A stretch of 64,000 nt of DNA from Lama glama (lineage: Eukaryota): positions 8,806,001 to 8,870,000 of the forward strand of contig CM052817.1 of the NCBI GenBank assembly GCA_028534125.1, written 5' to 3'. A program made the translations under genes and the position numbers. Shown in pieces: positions 13,511-26,560 of this stretch; position 1 is the first letter of the stretch; the number at the start of each line of letters is the position of its first letter. Below the pieces are notes generated by a model. That model was not told the origin of the DNA. It searched no databases and saw only the letters and a list, made by a program, of their open reading frames with translations.

Positions 13511-13908
13511 CAGGGACCTTAACCTGGGGTTCAAGAAACCCCAAAGACCACAAACCACAACAGAATAAGAGGAGCTGTGGCTTGGTCACTAGTAGAAATT
13601 ATATAACTTTTCATCACATTAAATTAAAATTGTCAAATAGCACTACTGCTACATTGCAGGAGTTACTAACTCTACTACCAGATTGTGTTCTTCAATATGT
13701 TAATAAAGACATATCTTACTATGTCACAGTTTTGTTGTTTTTAGTCTTTTGATAACTGGAATCTAATGATTAATTTCGCTTGTAACTCTTTGTATTATAT
13801 TCCATGCAGTACAAAAGAAAAACAAAAAACTATTCTTGGAAAGAGCCCCCCCCCCAAAAAACTATAGTTCAAAAGGGAATCATGATATAAAAAGCTGAAG
13901 AGCCCCTA
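13511..13908. mobile_element. hAT-Charlie non-autonomous DNA transposon
   Basis: TIR-like ends cagggaccttaacctgggg and aagctgaagagccccta; internal gtcactagtagaaat...tttgataactg. Confidence 0.55.
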
Positions 13909-13971
13909 CTTCAGTGTATACAGGAGACCTGGGAAGAGTCTCACAGGGAATTCCAGAGGCAGAATGGAATA

Positions 13972-14330
13972 GCCCAGATGCTTTTGGCTGCAAGAAATGG
14001 AAAATTGAATTTTGATTTAGTGACAAGCTTACACATTATCTCAAATAACGTTAAAGACAGGTAAGACTGGCTCTGTGTTGGGTTAGTTCAGTAGATCACA
14101 AACAACAAGGGTGGGCCAGGTTCCATGGATGTCTCCAGGCTATCCTCCTCCACACATACTTACACATACACATAGATCCATGTTTATTCCTGAAGATAAA
14201 AGAGGTCATCAGTGGCCTGAGGGAGCAGTCACTCCACTGACCCTCCTCCAATAGCCACACTGTCCGACCCCACCCTGTCTCTCCTGCCCACGTGGTAGCC
14301 CCACTGCTGAGATATACATAACTAAGTACC
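13972..14330 (-). mobile_element. Old MLT1 (MaLR) LTR fragment
   Basis: gatgcttttggctgcaagaaatggaaaa...attatctcaaataac. Confidence 0.45.
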
Positions 14331-15454
14331 CAAGAAGTGAGGGGAGGAAGACACATGGGTAGTTCAAGGGAAAATTCAAAATGGCAGTTGTCTCAGGCAG
14401 GAAGAAGAGTAGCCACAGGAGAAACCATATTGTTTTCCTGCTAGGAGTGCTGAGTGTATAAAGAATAAATTGGCAAGTGTTGATAGATTAATGATGGTGG
14501 CATCTGCTAGGAACAGGTGGTAGCTCACAGTGGTAAGGAAGTTGCTCCTAGAATGAGGAAATATCTCCCCAGACACACTCAGGCATCTACTTTCAGAGTG
14601 TGGGAGATCAGAACGCTACACTCAGTCCAAAGAGGAATGGGCTGAATGTGGCGTTGACCTTGACAGGTTAGTCATGCCTTGTCTCTGTTAATTGCATCTT
14701 TCTCTGTTCCTGTATTTTCCTGTATTGTGAGTATCCCAGTACAAGAGGAGAGAGACAGGTTGGCCTCCTCTGTGTAACACATATTTCTGAGATAGTGAAA
14801 GAAATGTCAGATGATGTGAAATTTCCTGAAGCTAATAGCCTGAGAAGCTCAGAAAAGCCAAAGCAGTCAGTTCCACTGAAAGCAAAGCAGGAAGCCCCTT
14901 GACTTCAGCAGATGGCCATGCTCTTAGTTGAAATTAAAACACACACACACACACACAAATACACACTGGCAGTTTGGAATCCTTTGTCTACCTCTCTGCC
15001 TGGAAGCCTACCTTCTAACTGCTTAAAGAGTGAGGAGTAACCTCCAAAAAGTGTTACTAGATCATGGATTCTGGGCTAGTGCTACCACTGACTTAATGTG
15101 GAAAGAAATAATCTGTCTGCTAACTGAGAGACACTAAGGAAGGTAAGTAGATTACTCAAAATTTTGAGCTCACCTGAGAATTGGTGTAGGTTTGTGAAGA
15201 TGAGTTTAATGTGCAAATCTTCATCACCCTTCCAAACCTTCTCCTAACACAGGATGGCCCTTTACAGTTTTCTGTAAAGGTCCCAGTATCATTTTATCAC
15301 ACTTCAGCGTCCACTGTTGATGTCTATCATGGGACTTCTGTCCTGCTGAACACAGCTGTCTTGCCCTAGTGATCACTGCTTTATCCCAACCTGGCCCTGG
15401 AGGTATGGATAAGAGTGCTAACATCTGCATTTTCAAAAATGTACAGAAATTATG

Positions 15455-15700
15455 TAATCTCCCTGGGCCTCTGCCTCCTCAACTCTAAAATATTAAAAAA
15501 AATCAATAGATAACATTTTTTTAAGCACTTATTCTATGCAGGTACTTTCCCAAGCACTCTGCAAGTATTAACTCATTTAATCCTCTGAGAGTTGTGGTAA
15601 AGATTAACTGAATTAACAGATGCAAGTGCTTAGGACATTACTTGGAATGTAGTAAATACTCCATAAATGTTTCTACTAGAACTATCACTATGACTACTAC
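15455..15700. mobile_element. Plus-strand MIR with an opposite-strand MIR tail inserted
   Basis: Plus core (cctctgcctcctcaactctaaaat), minus tail 15511-15585, plus tail 15590-15675. Confidence 0.65.
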
Positions 15701-15718
15701 AGCTGTATTTTTGGTCAT

Positions 15719-16103
15719 TGTATTAATTTGCTAGGGCTTCCATAACAAAATACAATAGATTGGATGACTTATGAAACAAAAATTTATTTTCTTGTGGTTC
15801 TGGGAGCTAGACACCCAAGATCAAAGTATCATCAGGGTTGGTTTCTTCTGAGGTCTCTCTCCGTGTAGATGGCCATCTTCTCCTTGTATCCTTACATGGT
15901 CTTCCTTCTGTGCTTGTATGTGTCCTAATCTCTTCTTGTAAGGACACCAGGCATATTGGATTAGGGTCCACCCATATGACCTCATTTTAACTTAATCACT
16001 TCTTTAAAGGCATGATCTCCAGACACAGTCACATTCTGAGGTTCTGGGGGTTGAGATTTCTATATCTTAATTTGAGGGGTGGGGCCCAGTTCAGCCTGTG
16101 ACA
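15719..16103 (-). mobile_element. MLT1B-type MaLR solo LTR
   Basis: tgtattaatttgctagggcttccataacaaa...aaggacaccaggcatattggattaggg...cagtcacattctgagg...tgaca; near-TSD GTCAT/GTTAT. Confidence 0.9.
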
Positions 16104-16599
16104 GTTATGGAACTTGCCTTTGCTCTTAAGTTCCTACTGTGAAACTCTGGAAATGACTTTACAGCAAGATTTCAATGAAGGTTGAAATTAAAAATAAGAG
16201 ATAGATAAAGAAAGGAAATACAGAAAATTACTTAAAACTACAGCTTGAAGTTACTGGTCCTTAAAGGCTGACTCTATAGGATCCTGGTAGCCCACTGTCT
16301 TCTTATCTTTCTCTGGAAAAGGCATCCACTAGCAGGTTGGTTCCAATGAATTCTGATTCTGACTCGAGTCTATGAGGCCACAGCGAACAAAGGGAATCCT
16401 ACTTACTCATGCTGTTCTAAGATCATCTTCTCTAGTCCTAATTTCTTGACTCAGAATACACAGTCTCTTAGGATTAATGTCCATTTCCTTCATGAAAAAG
16501 TCCATCCACCTTTGTAAGCTTTGTTCTTTGGGTCTGATGATACAATCATAGTAAAACTTAACAGGTCATTCTGAATTATTCTTTAGTTAAAAGACATTG

Positions 16600-17720
16600 T
16601 CAAAGTGAAACACACTTCAACATTGATTTTATATTCCAACAGATAATACAAACTTTACATTATTTTTTTCTATTTTCTGAGTGTGATTTTTTTTTTCACA
16701 ATTATCCTCCTGTCCCTGGCCATGTTTTTAGTCAGGTTTATTTAATATTTTTGGTGTTTCAGTTATTATTTCAAATATTAATTTCAAATCCACTGTGGTT
16801 TTATTTTTCTCTTCCATTATTATTCTTTTTCTGATCTAGTATTACTTTTTAACCTCCTTCTGTAGCATTATCAATTTATTTTTCCTTTGATCTCTAAGAT
16901 GCATCCTTTGAGCATTTCCTTTTTTCAGAAAGACTATGTTTTCAATTGATTCTGGTATCTGATTCTTTGTCATTTTCAAAGATAATTCTGATAGAGTTTA
17001 GCTGTTTTATTTTGCTTATATTTCTTTCAACAACTTCATTATTATTCTAATTTCAAAGTCTATGCATAAGCCCTGAGCACTTCTTTTCTATTACATGTAT
17101 TTAAAGCTTGGAGAGAACAGTTTCTTCTGAGTCAGTTATTGGCTCCCAGCAAGCAGGAAAGCTAGCAGAAGGCAAAGGGCAGAGAAAGTCAGCACCTTAC
17201 ATTTTGATTAATGGTCTCAATCGTACTTCAATCAATGTCCTCTGGCCTGAGGACATATATTCACCTAGTTTGATTATTCAAGGAGTTTTAGGGCTCACAG
17301 TAAAGTTCTAGAAATCTCAGGTTCTCTATGCTGTTACCTGCTTTTCTTGCCTCTTCAGGATTGCCCCAGGTGGCTGCTTCACTAATGTTACTGATAATAA
17401 AGTTGGCATGCCTTCATTGTTCCTCCTTCCATCCATCTCCCAAGCTGGTCTGTGGTCTCTGTGAGGATACATTCTCTTCTGTCTATCCAGCTCTCTCATA
17501 TACTTTCATCATTAAAAGATCACTGGAAGTGCCTTTCAACACTGACATCATTTTAAAGAGCCGGAAATTTGAAGAAGCTCTCATTGTCCTAATGTTAAAA
17601 TACTTCATTTCAGACATTCTTTATATTTTATGATTTGTTGTATGGCTTTATCTCCTCTTGCATTTTTGAAGATCTTTTATCTTAATACTTTTACTCTTTC
17701 TAAAATTATTTTCCAGAGAA
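16600..17720 (-). mobile_element. Highly decayed L1-like sequence
   Basis: Long T-rich tract resembling antisense L1 ORF1/5' region; no clear boundaries. Confidence 0.35.
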
Positions 17721-18029
17721 AGCAGTAGATACATTTTAATTATACCAACAGATATTTATTCTTACATACAATTTCTTGCTTTAAGATAACATTTCTCCCA
17801 AATACATTTATTTCTACTGATCTGCTTATGTAATGTTATATTTCTCCCACCCAAGATATTAGTATATTTATAATTAATGGCTTTATAAGTAATAATACCA
17901 GATGTGGAAAATCAATGGCTAAGGATATTTAAGGAGCACCAAGAGATGCACTGTTTTTTCCTAGTCACTCTTTCAGGACAAGATGGGAACTACACAATTC
18001 GTGAAAGCTAGAGCTTTGCTTTATTACTT

Positions 18030-18105
18030 GCAATGGCACATTGCTTATGCTAGTGCACAGAACATAGTAAGTCTCAGTAAGTTTATGCTGAATGAGTGAA
18101 TGAAG
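18030..18105 (+). mobile_element. L2 3' terminus
   Basis: agtgcacagaacatagtaagtctcagtaagtttatgctgaatgagtgaatgaa. Confidence 0.6.
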
Positions 18106-19769
18106 TACACACTTAACAAGCCTTTCAGCCATCTTCACAATCTTAGCTCTACATTTACTGTAAACAATCCCTCAAGGAAAAAGAACAAATGCAGTTCATA
18201 AGGAAAAAAATTGTATATAGTATATATGTATATGTGTGTGTATGTGTGTATATATATAATATATAATATATTTAAAAATTTAGGTTAATCTAAAATCACC
18301 AAGAAAAAGATAAACTTTTGGTCCAAAGAAACAACGTGGTCTCCAAAGTCCATGCTCTGCTGAAAAAGATAATGAAACCATATGATGGGCAAGGACATAC
18401 TCTCTGATTCTGGGACAAACAGGTTAATTTTTGACCTCAGTATCTCTCCTCTAACTCCCCATCCCAAAAAGTAAGAATTTTTCAACTATCTATAAGCAAA
18501 GGGAAAAATGTCCCTTTTCTTCTCCCCAGAACAAAGAAAACATCTGATCCAAAGTTCAACTTAATTTATCTCCAATCAGAGGACAGAAACTGCTTGCCAT
18601 TTTTAGGTGACTTTTTTTTTTGCTTCTACTCCTACTAAAGTTAAAGAAAATAATTGCAGCATAGATATCTTATCACAGGTATTTTAAAAATATATAGCCG
18701 TTGGGATTGGAGTCAGTGTAAGTATTAATGCTTGGAGGAATGGTAATTACAATGTGCAGGCTGTGTGTCACAGAAAACTGTATAGCAGTTCAACAGCTGC
18801 AGGCCAGATGTGTTTACCTGGTTACCCCTTCACAATTTAATGTTGAGTGGAAAAAGAAGACATCAAAGTCTATAGCATAATGTCATATAATATAAGTTAA
18901 ATATAAAAATCTTTCACAATGAAAGATTCCATACTCTACAAGACTATATGCAAGAAATCAAAAATAGTAGAATAGTTGTTTTTGGAAGAGGAGGGAAATA
19001 AGAATGAGATATAATAAGATAAAATAAGAATTCAATATAATACATACATACAAAAATGCACACAAGACAGGTCCTTTGCAGGAATCAATGATAAACCGAG
19101 GACTATAAAAGACTCAACCTAATGCAACATGAAATTTAAAAATATACACACTTGTAGGATGTAAGAAGGACTATGATGAAAACTCACTGGATCAGGGGCT
19201 GCAAAGAAAGAATCTACTATATTAAATAGGAAATATGATATGGGGTATAAAGAAGAAATGAAGGGCAAAAATAACCTCAAAGATTATACCGAGAGAAAAT
19301 TGTAAAAAGAAACACAATTAAAACACTCATTCCAAGTTTTCCTAGTTCTCCAGTGGTATTCTACATTGGAAGGAATGTCTATATTGTTCTGAACAGATCT
19401 GAAATAATTGGGTACAGAAGAAAGTTGTGAACTGCGTGGGCAGAGATACAGGTGTGAAGGAGGTCACTGCGAGTAACTTGAGACAAGGTATTGGGACGTC
19501 TCAGGTTTATCTCTCAGGGTGCTGAGGCAGGATTGCAACGATAAGGAAGAGGAGTAAGAACAAGAAGAGGTATCCAGACAAGGGTATGTAGGCACCCAGG
19601 CATAGAAAATGAAGCAGAAGATAAGGAAGGGTTTACCACAGGAGCCAGTCAACGGGGCTGCGGTTTCATAACATCCATATATTCAGAAAAAGACAGGAGG
19701 TGGGGACCTCTTTTTTTCAAAATTCTGAGTGTTAAGAATGTCATTGAACTTAGTAAAAATAATATTTTA

Positions 19770-20340
19770 ACTTTTATTGAATGATGATAAATACCAGAGT
19801 GACAAAGTAGCATCTGTTTATTGTAGTAACATGTTGAAAAGAAAGAAAAGCTGAGAGAAGTAAAAAAATTGTTCATAATCCAATGAACCACTATTATCAT
19901 TTCAATATATTTCCTTCTGGTCTTTTCCCAAATATAATATTGCTTTTAACTTTGGTATACATAATTGTAACTATTCTTGTGTGTTTTCTTCTCATTTAAT
20001 ATCACAATTTAAGCTATCTGTGAAATTACTGTATACTCTTCATATACATCAATTTTAATGTGTCAACAGTATTATATTGAAGTAGATTGACCAAATTTGA
20101 TATAATTATTCTCATCTTTATGGTCTCTATTTTTTTCTCCCCATAATATAAAGTAATGACTATTCTCTCTACTTAGTGATTTTTCTTTCTTTATTTCACA
20201 ATATTTTCTCAGTAAAGATTCCCAGAAGTAAAATTACAAGCACAAAGTTTATGAACATTTTAAGGATCTTGATGCATATAGTAAAGTTGCTTCCAAGAAA
20301 GGTTGTACCAATGTAAGCCATCACCAGGAAAGGATGTGTG
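19770..20340 (-). mobile_element. Old L1 (L1ME-like) 3' region
   Basis: agattcccagaagtaaaattac...aaagttgcttccaagaaaggttgtaccaat. Confidence 0.55.
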
Positions 20341-20979
20341 CCACAAGCACATATTTGTAGCAGTTACTGCGGAAGACCAAGGATGCTAAATTTTGTAAAA
20401 ACCATATGAGCTGTTTGTTAAACTCCAGGATCCAGACACTACTCATAAACACCCTGGTCCAGTGGGTCTGAAATCTTCATTCTTAACAAGTAACCCAGAA
20501 TGACTAACCTAAGAATTAGAAAGAATGCATGTTGAAAATACCATTTTGAGATACCTCTTGAAGTGCCTTTTATGCAGATTTTTTAAATTATAGCTAAATG
20601 AGATGTCATAAGTACAGAAATCCCCTGTTTTTGTGACATGACAACTGCGTGATTTTGACAACTCAACCTTGTGTCTTACTCTGGATCTGCACATTTAACT
20701 TCTCCTAGATATGCCCCAACCAGGTGACTCTTGATTAAATGATAATTTTATGAACATAAAGTAGAAATATATCTGTCACTTTAAACTATTTACCAGGCAA
20801 AAATGCTAGTGAATTTGGGTTGTCATGAACCAAAAAAATTGGCAGAAAAAATATAGGGAAAAAGAAATGAGTTTTGTGGCATGTGGGACTTCAATATGTT
20901 CTGCACCTCAGAATCGTTTTCTTCCAAATATACCTCCTATTTTCCCCTAGACTGATTCCAGATATACTGAGGTGCTGGC

Positions 20980-21600
20980 TAGGGGAAGGGAAGGATGCAT
21001 CCAGTGATCTATGTGAGTCCTCCTCCCTCCAGTGGAATGGTCCTTTCTGCCTTGTTTCCTTGGCCTCAGTTTGCTGGTACAGGGGAGACATGGGGACCTA
21101 GTCAGACAAATTGGGTCCTTCCCCACTTAGTTTGTGTTTTGTTGTTGTTGTAGGGGGAGGTAATTAGGTTTACTTATTTGTTATGGAGGTACTGGGGATT
21201 GAACGCAGGACCTTGTTCATGTTAGGCACACACTCTATCATTGAGCTATAGTCTCCCCCCTTTCCCTTCTTTTCCGTGATTTTGAATCTGAGGCTCAGAG
21301 TCATAGTGTTCTCCCATTGAATAATGAAACCCTTAATGCTTGGGAGCTGTCTATGGTCCTGTCTGGGATGGAGAATGAAGCTACCACAGTGAGAATACGC
21401 AGCAGGCCTGGGAGATGGAGAAGCAGCTCTAATGGTATTTAAGCTCTCAATTCTGGATGTTCCTTAGGTCTACCTGCTTCTTTCTCCTTTCGAAAGCTTG
21501 CTTATTCTACAGGACAGATCAATACCCATGACTAATTTCCCTTTTGTTGGTAAGGTACTTTGAGTTGGGTTTCGATAACTACAGGCATAATAAGCCTGAT
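20980..21600 (+). mobile_element. Old MLT1 LTR interrupted by a SINE
   Basis: gagaatgaagctaccacag...gagatggaga...ttcccttttgttggtaaggtactttgagttgggtttc. Confidence 0.45.
21135..21260 (-). mobile_element. tRNA-derived camelid SINE (Vic-1-like)
   Basis: Minus strand: gggggagactatagctcaatgatagag...gttcaatccccagtacctcc, with Pol III A/B boxes and a taaacctaattacctcccc tail. Confidence 0.85.
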
Positions 21601-21749
21601 TTATGCATAAACACTGACGCTTCCTTCCTGAGCCTGCTGACAACACCTTTGGGCTTTGTCAAAAAAGGATCAGGAGATAAAGGTGGTGTGGAGGGTGAGT
21701 ATTGCTGCTGGCAGTAAGGCAAATGACAGCATCAAAAGTGCTAAGCTTT

Positions 21750-22279
21750 TGATTTTTCCGCAGTTTTATTGATATATAATGAACATATAACATTGTATGA
21801 GTTTCAAGGTACAACATAATGATTTGATATATGTATGTATTGTAAGATGGTCACCAAAATAAGTTTAGTTAACATCTGTCACCTCACATAATACATTTTT
21901 CTTGTGGTGAAAACTTTTAAATTCTACTTGCTTAGCAACTTTCAAGTATACGGTACAGCATTGTTAACTGTAGTCACTGTGCTACACATTACATGTCCAG
22001 AACTTATTTATCTTGTAACTGACAGTCTGTATCTTAGGACCACCTTCGCCCATTTCCCCCATCTTCCTCCCCACCTCTGGCAACCACCAATGTGTGGTCT
22101 GTTTCTATGAGTTTATTTGTCTATTTTTTTAGATTTCACATGTAAGTGAGGTCATACAGTATTTGTCTTTATTCTGTCTGACTTATTTCACTTAGTATAA
22201 TGCCGTCAAGTTCTGTTCATGTTAATGCAAGTGAGTGGCATGAATTCCTTCTTTCTCATGGCTAAATAATACTCCACAG

Positions 22280-22280
<1 letters not shown>
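21750..22280 (-). mobile_element. L1 3' end (L1MA9-like), left half of the outer element
   Basis: ttttattgatatataat...agcaactttcaagtatac...ctgacttatttcacttag...ggctaaataatactcc. Confidence 0.9.
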
Positions 22281-22334
<54 letters not shown>

Positions 22335-22350
22335 CAGATAATAGATAGAT
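22280..22350. repeat. (GATA)n microsatellite
   Basis: Read directly from the sequence. Confidence 0.95.
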
Positions 22351-22399
22351 GATTGTTGGATAGAGACAGAGAGAGATGACGTTTTCCTCTTACATTTAC

Positions 22400-22995
22400 T
22401 GAAATGTGGCTTAACATGTTATCTATCCTAGGGAATGTTCCATGTACATTTGAAAAATAAAGTATATTCTGTGGTTTGGGGGTAGAATGTTCTGTTTAAA
22501 TTTATTAAGTTTATCTGATCAAATGTGTCATTTAAAGCTATTGCTCCCTTATTGATATTTTGTAGGATGATCAATCCTTTAATGTGTGGTATTAAAACCC
22601 TCTATGATTTTTGTATTACTGTCAACTTTTCCCTTTACATCTGTTAATATCTGCTTTATATATTTAGATGTTCTTATGTTGTGTGCATAAATATTTACAA
22701 ATGTTATATCCTTTCTTTGAATATACCCCTTTATCATTATGTGATGCTCTGCTTTGTCTTTTCCTACAGTCTTTGTTAGAAAATCTAATTTGTCTACTTA
22801 AATTTTCTTTTCATTTCCATTTTTATGGAACACCCTCTTCCATCCCTTCACTTTCAGTCCGTGTGCTTTCAGTTCTGAAGTGTCTCTTGTGGGCAGCATA
22901 AGGATGGGTCTTGTTTTTTCACCCATCCAGCTACCCTGTGTCTTCTGATTGGAGCATTTAGTTTGTTTGCATTTAAAGTGATTATTGATAAGCAT
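22400..22995 (-). pseudogene. Decayed L1 ORF2 endonuclease N-terminus
   Basis: Minus-strand translation LSIITLNANKLNAPIRRHRVAGWV; LKVKGWKRVFH in the ORF track; frameshifted. Confidence 0.85.
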
Positions 22996-23168
22996 GAACT
23001 TACTGCTTTTTGTTAATTGTTTTGGGTTTTTTTGGTAGATTTTCTCTGTTCCCTTCTTCTCTTGGTCTGTAATTTGGTCATTGTTTTTCATGTTATGTTT
23101 AGGTTTCTTTCTCATTATTTTTTGTGTATGTACTATAGGATTTTGGGTTGTAGTTACCATAAAGTCTT

Positions 23169-23333
<165 letters not shown>

Positions 23334-23450
23334 AGTAGTTTATTTTAAGCTGACCGTCACTTAGGATTGAAAGTACTCAAAAAGCACTGCATATTCACTC
23401 CCCCAATATGTTTTGTGTTTTGGATGTCATATTTTACATCTTTTAATTTT

Positions 23451-24127
23451 TTTAACATTTTTATTGATTTATAATCATTTTACAATGTTGTGTCAAANNN
23501 NNNNNNNNNNNNNNNNNNNNNNNNNNNNNNNNNNNNNNNNNNNNNNNNNNNNNNNNNNNNNNNNNNNNNNNNNNNNNNNNNNNNNNNNNNNNNNNNNNNN
23601 NNNNNNNNNNNNNNNNNNNNNNNNNNNNNNNNNNNNNNNNNNNNNNNNNNNNNNNNNNNNNNNNNNNNNNNNNNNNNNNNNNNNNNNNNNNNNNNNNNNN
23701 NNNNNNNNNNNNNNNNNNNNNNNNNNNNNNNNNNNNNNNNNNNNNNNNNNNNNNNNNNNNNNNNNNNNNNNNNNNNNNNNNNNNNNNNNNNNNNNNNNNN
23801 NNNNNNNNNNNNNNNNNNNNNNNNNNNNNNNNNNNNNNNNNNNNNNNNNNNNNNNNNNNNNNNNNNNNNNNNNNNNNNNNNNNNNNNNNNNNNNNNNNNN
23901 NNNNNNNNNNNNNNNNNNNNNNNNNNNNNNNNNNNNNNNNNNNNNNNNNNNNNNNNNNNNNNNNNNNNNNNNNNNNNNNNNNNNNNNNNNNNNNNNNAAA
24001 ACAATGAAGCTAGAACACACCCTTACACCATATACAAAAATCATCTCAAAATGGATTAAAGACTTAAACATAAGACAAGATACAATAAACCTCCTAGAGG
24101 AAAACATAGGCAAAACATTATCTGACA
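23451..24127 (-). mobile_element. Young camelid-type L1, apparently 5'-inverted, 16-bp TSD
   Basis: Minus-strand 3' end (ttttattgatttataatcattttacaatgttgtgtcaaa); plus-strand ORF2 [34 protein letters not shown] at 23435-23450 and 24128-24143. Confidence 0.8.
23498..23998. other. Assembly gap (N run)
   Basis: Read directly; true length unknown. Confidence 1.
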
Positions 24128-24300
24128 TACATCTTTTAATTTTGTCTCTCCCTTTACTGTAGTTATCATTGATTTGACTACTTTTGCCTTTTAACCATTA
24201 TACTATCTTTTTAAGTAGCTGATCTACTGCTTTTGCTATATATTTGCCTTTCCAGTGAGATTTTTTTCTCTTTTATATGTATACTTTATTCTAGTGATGG

Positions 24301-25090
24301 TCATTTATTTTCTGCTTCAAGAAGACTCTTTAATATTTCTTGTAAGGCCAGATTAGTGGTAACAAAATCCTTTAGTTTTTGCATGTCTGGGAAACTCTTT
24401 CTTTCCTTCAGTTCTGAATCATAAATTTGCTGGGTAGAGTATTCTTGATTGTAAGTTTTTTTTTCTTCCTTTCCACATTTTAAATATATTGTACTGCTTC
24501 CTTCTGGACTGCAAAAGTTTTGTGGAAAAATCATCGAATAGCCTTGTGGTTCCCTTGTATGTGAGTAGTTGTTTATCTCTTGGTGCATTTAAAATTCTCT
24601 CTTTAACTTCAGAATTTAATTATGATATGTTTTGATGTGGATCTCTTTGGTTTATTTTGTTTGGAACTCTTCTTGGCTCTGGATATCTGTTTCCTTCCCC
24701 AGGTTGGGGAAGTTTTCAGCCAACTTTCAGGGAAAAGTTGTCCCTTTCTCTTTCTTTTCTCCTTCTGGGACCCCTGTATGTGAATGTTAGTATACTCGAC
24801 GTAGTCCCGGAGCTCTCTTGAACTTTCTCATATTTTAAAATTCTTTTTTTTCCTTCTTGTTGTTCTGATTAGATGATTTCCACTGTTCTGTCTTCCACAT
24901 TGCTGACCCATGATTCTGTATCATCTAATATATTGTTGTTTTCCCTAGTGTATTTTTTAATTTCAGTTATGGTATTTGTTAGCTCTGATTGGTTCTTTCT
25001 TATACTTTCTAACTCTTTGCTGAAGCTCTCATTGTGTTCTTTCATCCTTCTCCTGAGTACAGTGAGCTCCTTTATGACCATATCTTTGAA
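24301..25090 (-). pseudogene. Decayed L1 ORF1p
   Basis: Coiled-coil ELESIRKNQSELTNTITEIK...VEDRTVEI and C-terminal KSFPDMQKLKDFVTTNLALQEILKSLL. Confidence 0.85.
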
Positions 25091-25550
25091 CTCTATCAGG
25101 TAAATTATTTACCGTCATTTCGTTGTGCTATCAAGGTTTGAGAGGAACATAAAAAATAACACTCACTGGTACCTCTGACCCTGGAGAGAGCAGTTCTCTG
25201 TTTGTCAGATGCTATAGAGTTAGTAATTTTTTTTTCACTTATAGGCTAAGTTCCCTTTGAAGCACTGTTTTTTCACTGTGTCTCAGGAAAGGTTTGTCTG
25301 TGCTCAGACCCCTCAGTGACATCCATCCCTACTGCAGGTTGTCATGTCAAGGATGTCAATACTGTGCCTCTGCCTCTCCTACCTGTTTCTATGTGATCCT
25401 TGTACCGTTTGTTACACAGAAGCTGTTCAACCAGCCCACAGTCCTTCTTCAGGAGAAATTGCTCTATAAGTAAGTGTAGATTCAATGTGTCCATAGGAAG
25501 AGGTGAGTTCAGAGACTCCCCACACTCCCATCTGGAACTGGAACCTCTAT

Positions 25551-26340
25551 ATCACTTTTTCTTTATCTGTTCATTCATGAATGGACACTAGGTTATTTCC
25601 ATGTCTTGGCTATGCTGTAATAAGCATAAGGGTGCAGATATCTAAGATGGTAATTTTATTTTATTCAGATATATACTCAAAAGTAGAATTGCTGGATCAT
25701 ATGGCAGATCTATTTTTAATTTTTGAGGAAACTCCATGTTGTTTTCCATCAAAGTTGCACAATTTTCATTCTTACCAACAGTGTACAAAAGTTTCCTTTT
25801 CTCCATATCCTCACCAACACTTATCTCTTATCTTTTTAATGATAGCCATTCTAGCAGAAGTGAGGTAATATTTCACTGTGTTTTTGGTTTGCATTTTCCT
25901 GATGATTAGTGCTGTTAAGCACCTTTTCAGGTACTTGGCTATTTATATGTCTTTCTGGGAAAAAAAAAAGTCTATTCAGTTCTTCTGCTCATTTATTAAC
26001 TGGATTTTTCTATTGAGTTGAATGATCTTCTTATCTAATTTGGATATTCATCCCTCATTAGATATATGATTCACAAATATTCCCTCCCATTCTGTAGGCT
26101 GCCTTTTCATTTTGTCGATGATATTCTTTTCTATGCAGAACTTTTCAAAACACTCTTTAAAAATATTTTTATTTATTTATTTTATTTTTTGATGGAGGTA
26201 ATAGGGATTGAACCCAGGACCTCATGCATGCTAAGTGTGTGCTCTACCACTGGGCTGCACACCCCACCCTCCACAGAACTTTTTAGTTTGATGTAGTCTT
26301 ATTTATTTATTTTTGCTTTGATCATCCTTGACTTTAGAAT
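25551..26340 (-). mobile_element. L1 3' region, right half of the outer element
   Basis: ttctttatctgttcattcatgaatggacactaggttatttcc...tttttgaggaaactcc...gatagccattctagcagaagtgagg. Confidence 0.85.
26146..26273 (-). mobile_element. tRNA-derived camelid SINE with 10-bp TSD
   Basis: atggaggtaatagggattgaacccaggacctcatgcatgctaag; CAGAACTTTT at 26136-26145 and 26274-26283. Confidence 0.88.
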
Positions 26341-26344
26341 GTGT

Positions 26345-26560
26345 CAAGGTTTTTGATTCATACAGATATAGACTCGGTCCTGATTCTTCTTGCTTAGGTG
26401 TAGGGCCTTGGGTGAACTGTCAGCCTCTCTAAGCCTTCATTTCCTTGATGTAATATTGAGATATTTTTCCTCACATAACAATTTATAGAGATTCAGTGAA
26501 GTTTTACACAAATTTACATAAATGTGCCTATTATGAAGCTATATGCATAGTAGGTGCTCC
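26345..26560 (+). mobile_element. MIR SINE
   Basis: ccttgggtgaactgtcagcctctctaagccttcatttcct...catagtaggtgctc. Confidence 0.6.

Noticed and set aside
15140..15148. Consensus splice donor AAG|GTAAGT (also CTG|GTAAGT at 4665-4673)
   Set aside because: Isolated 9-mers are expected by chance, and no coding exon could be attached.
21135..21260. Possible tRNA gene
   Set aside because: A/B boxes are degenerate and there is a SINE tail; it is a SINE, not a tRNA.
23413..24162. Long ORFs of 174-249 aa in the ORF track
   Set aside because: Artefacts of translating through the N gap; only the L1 ORF2 piece is real.
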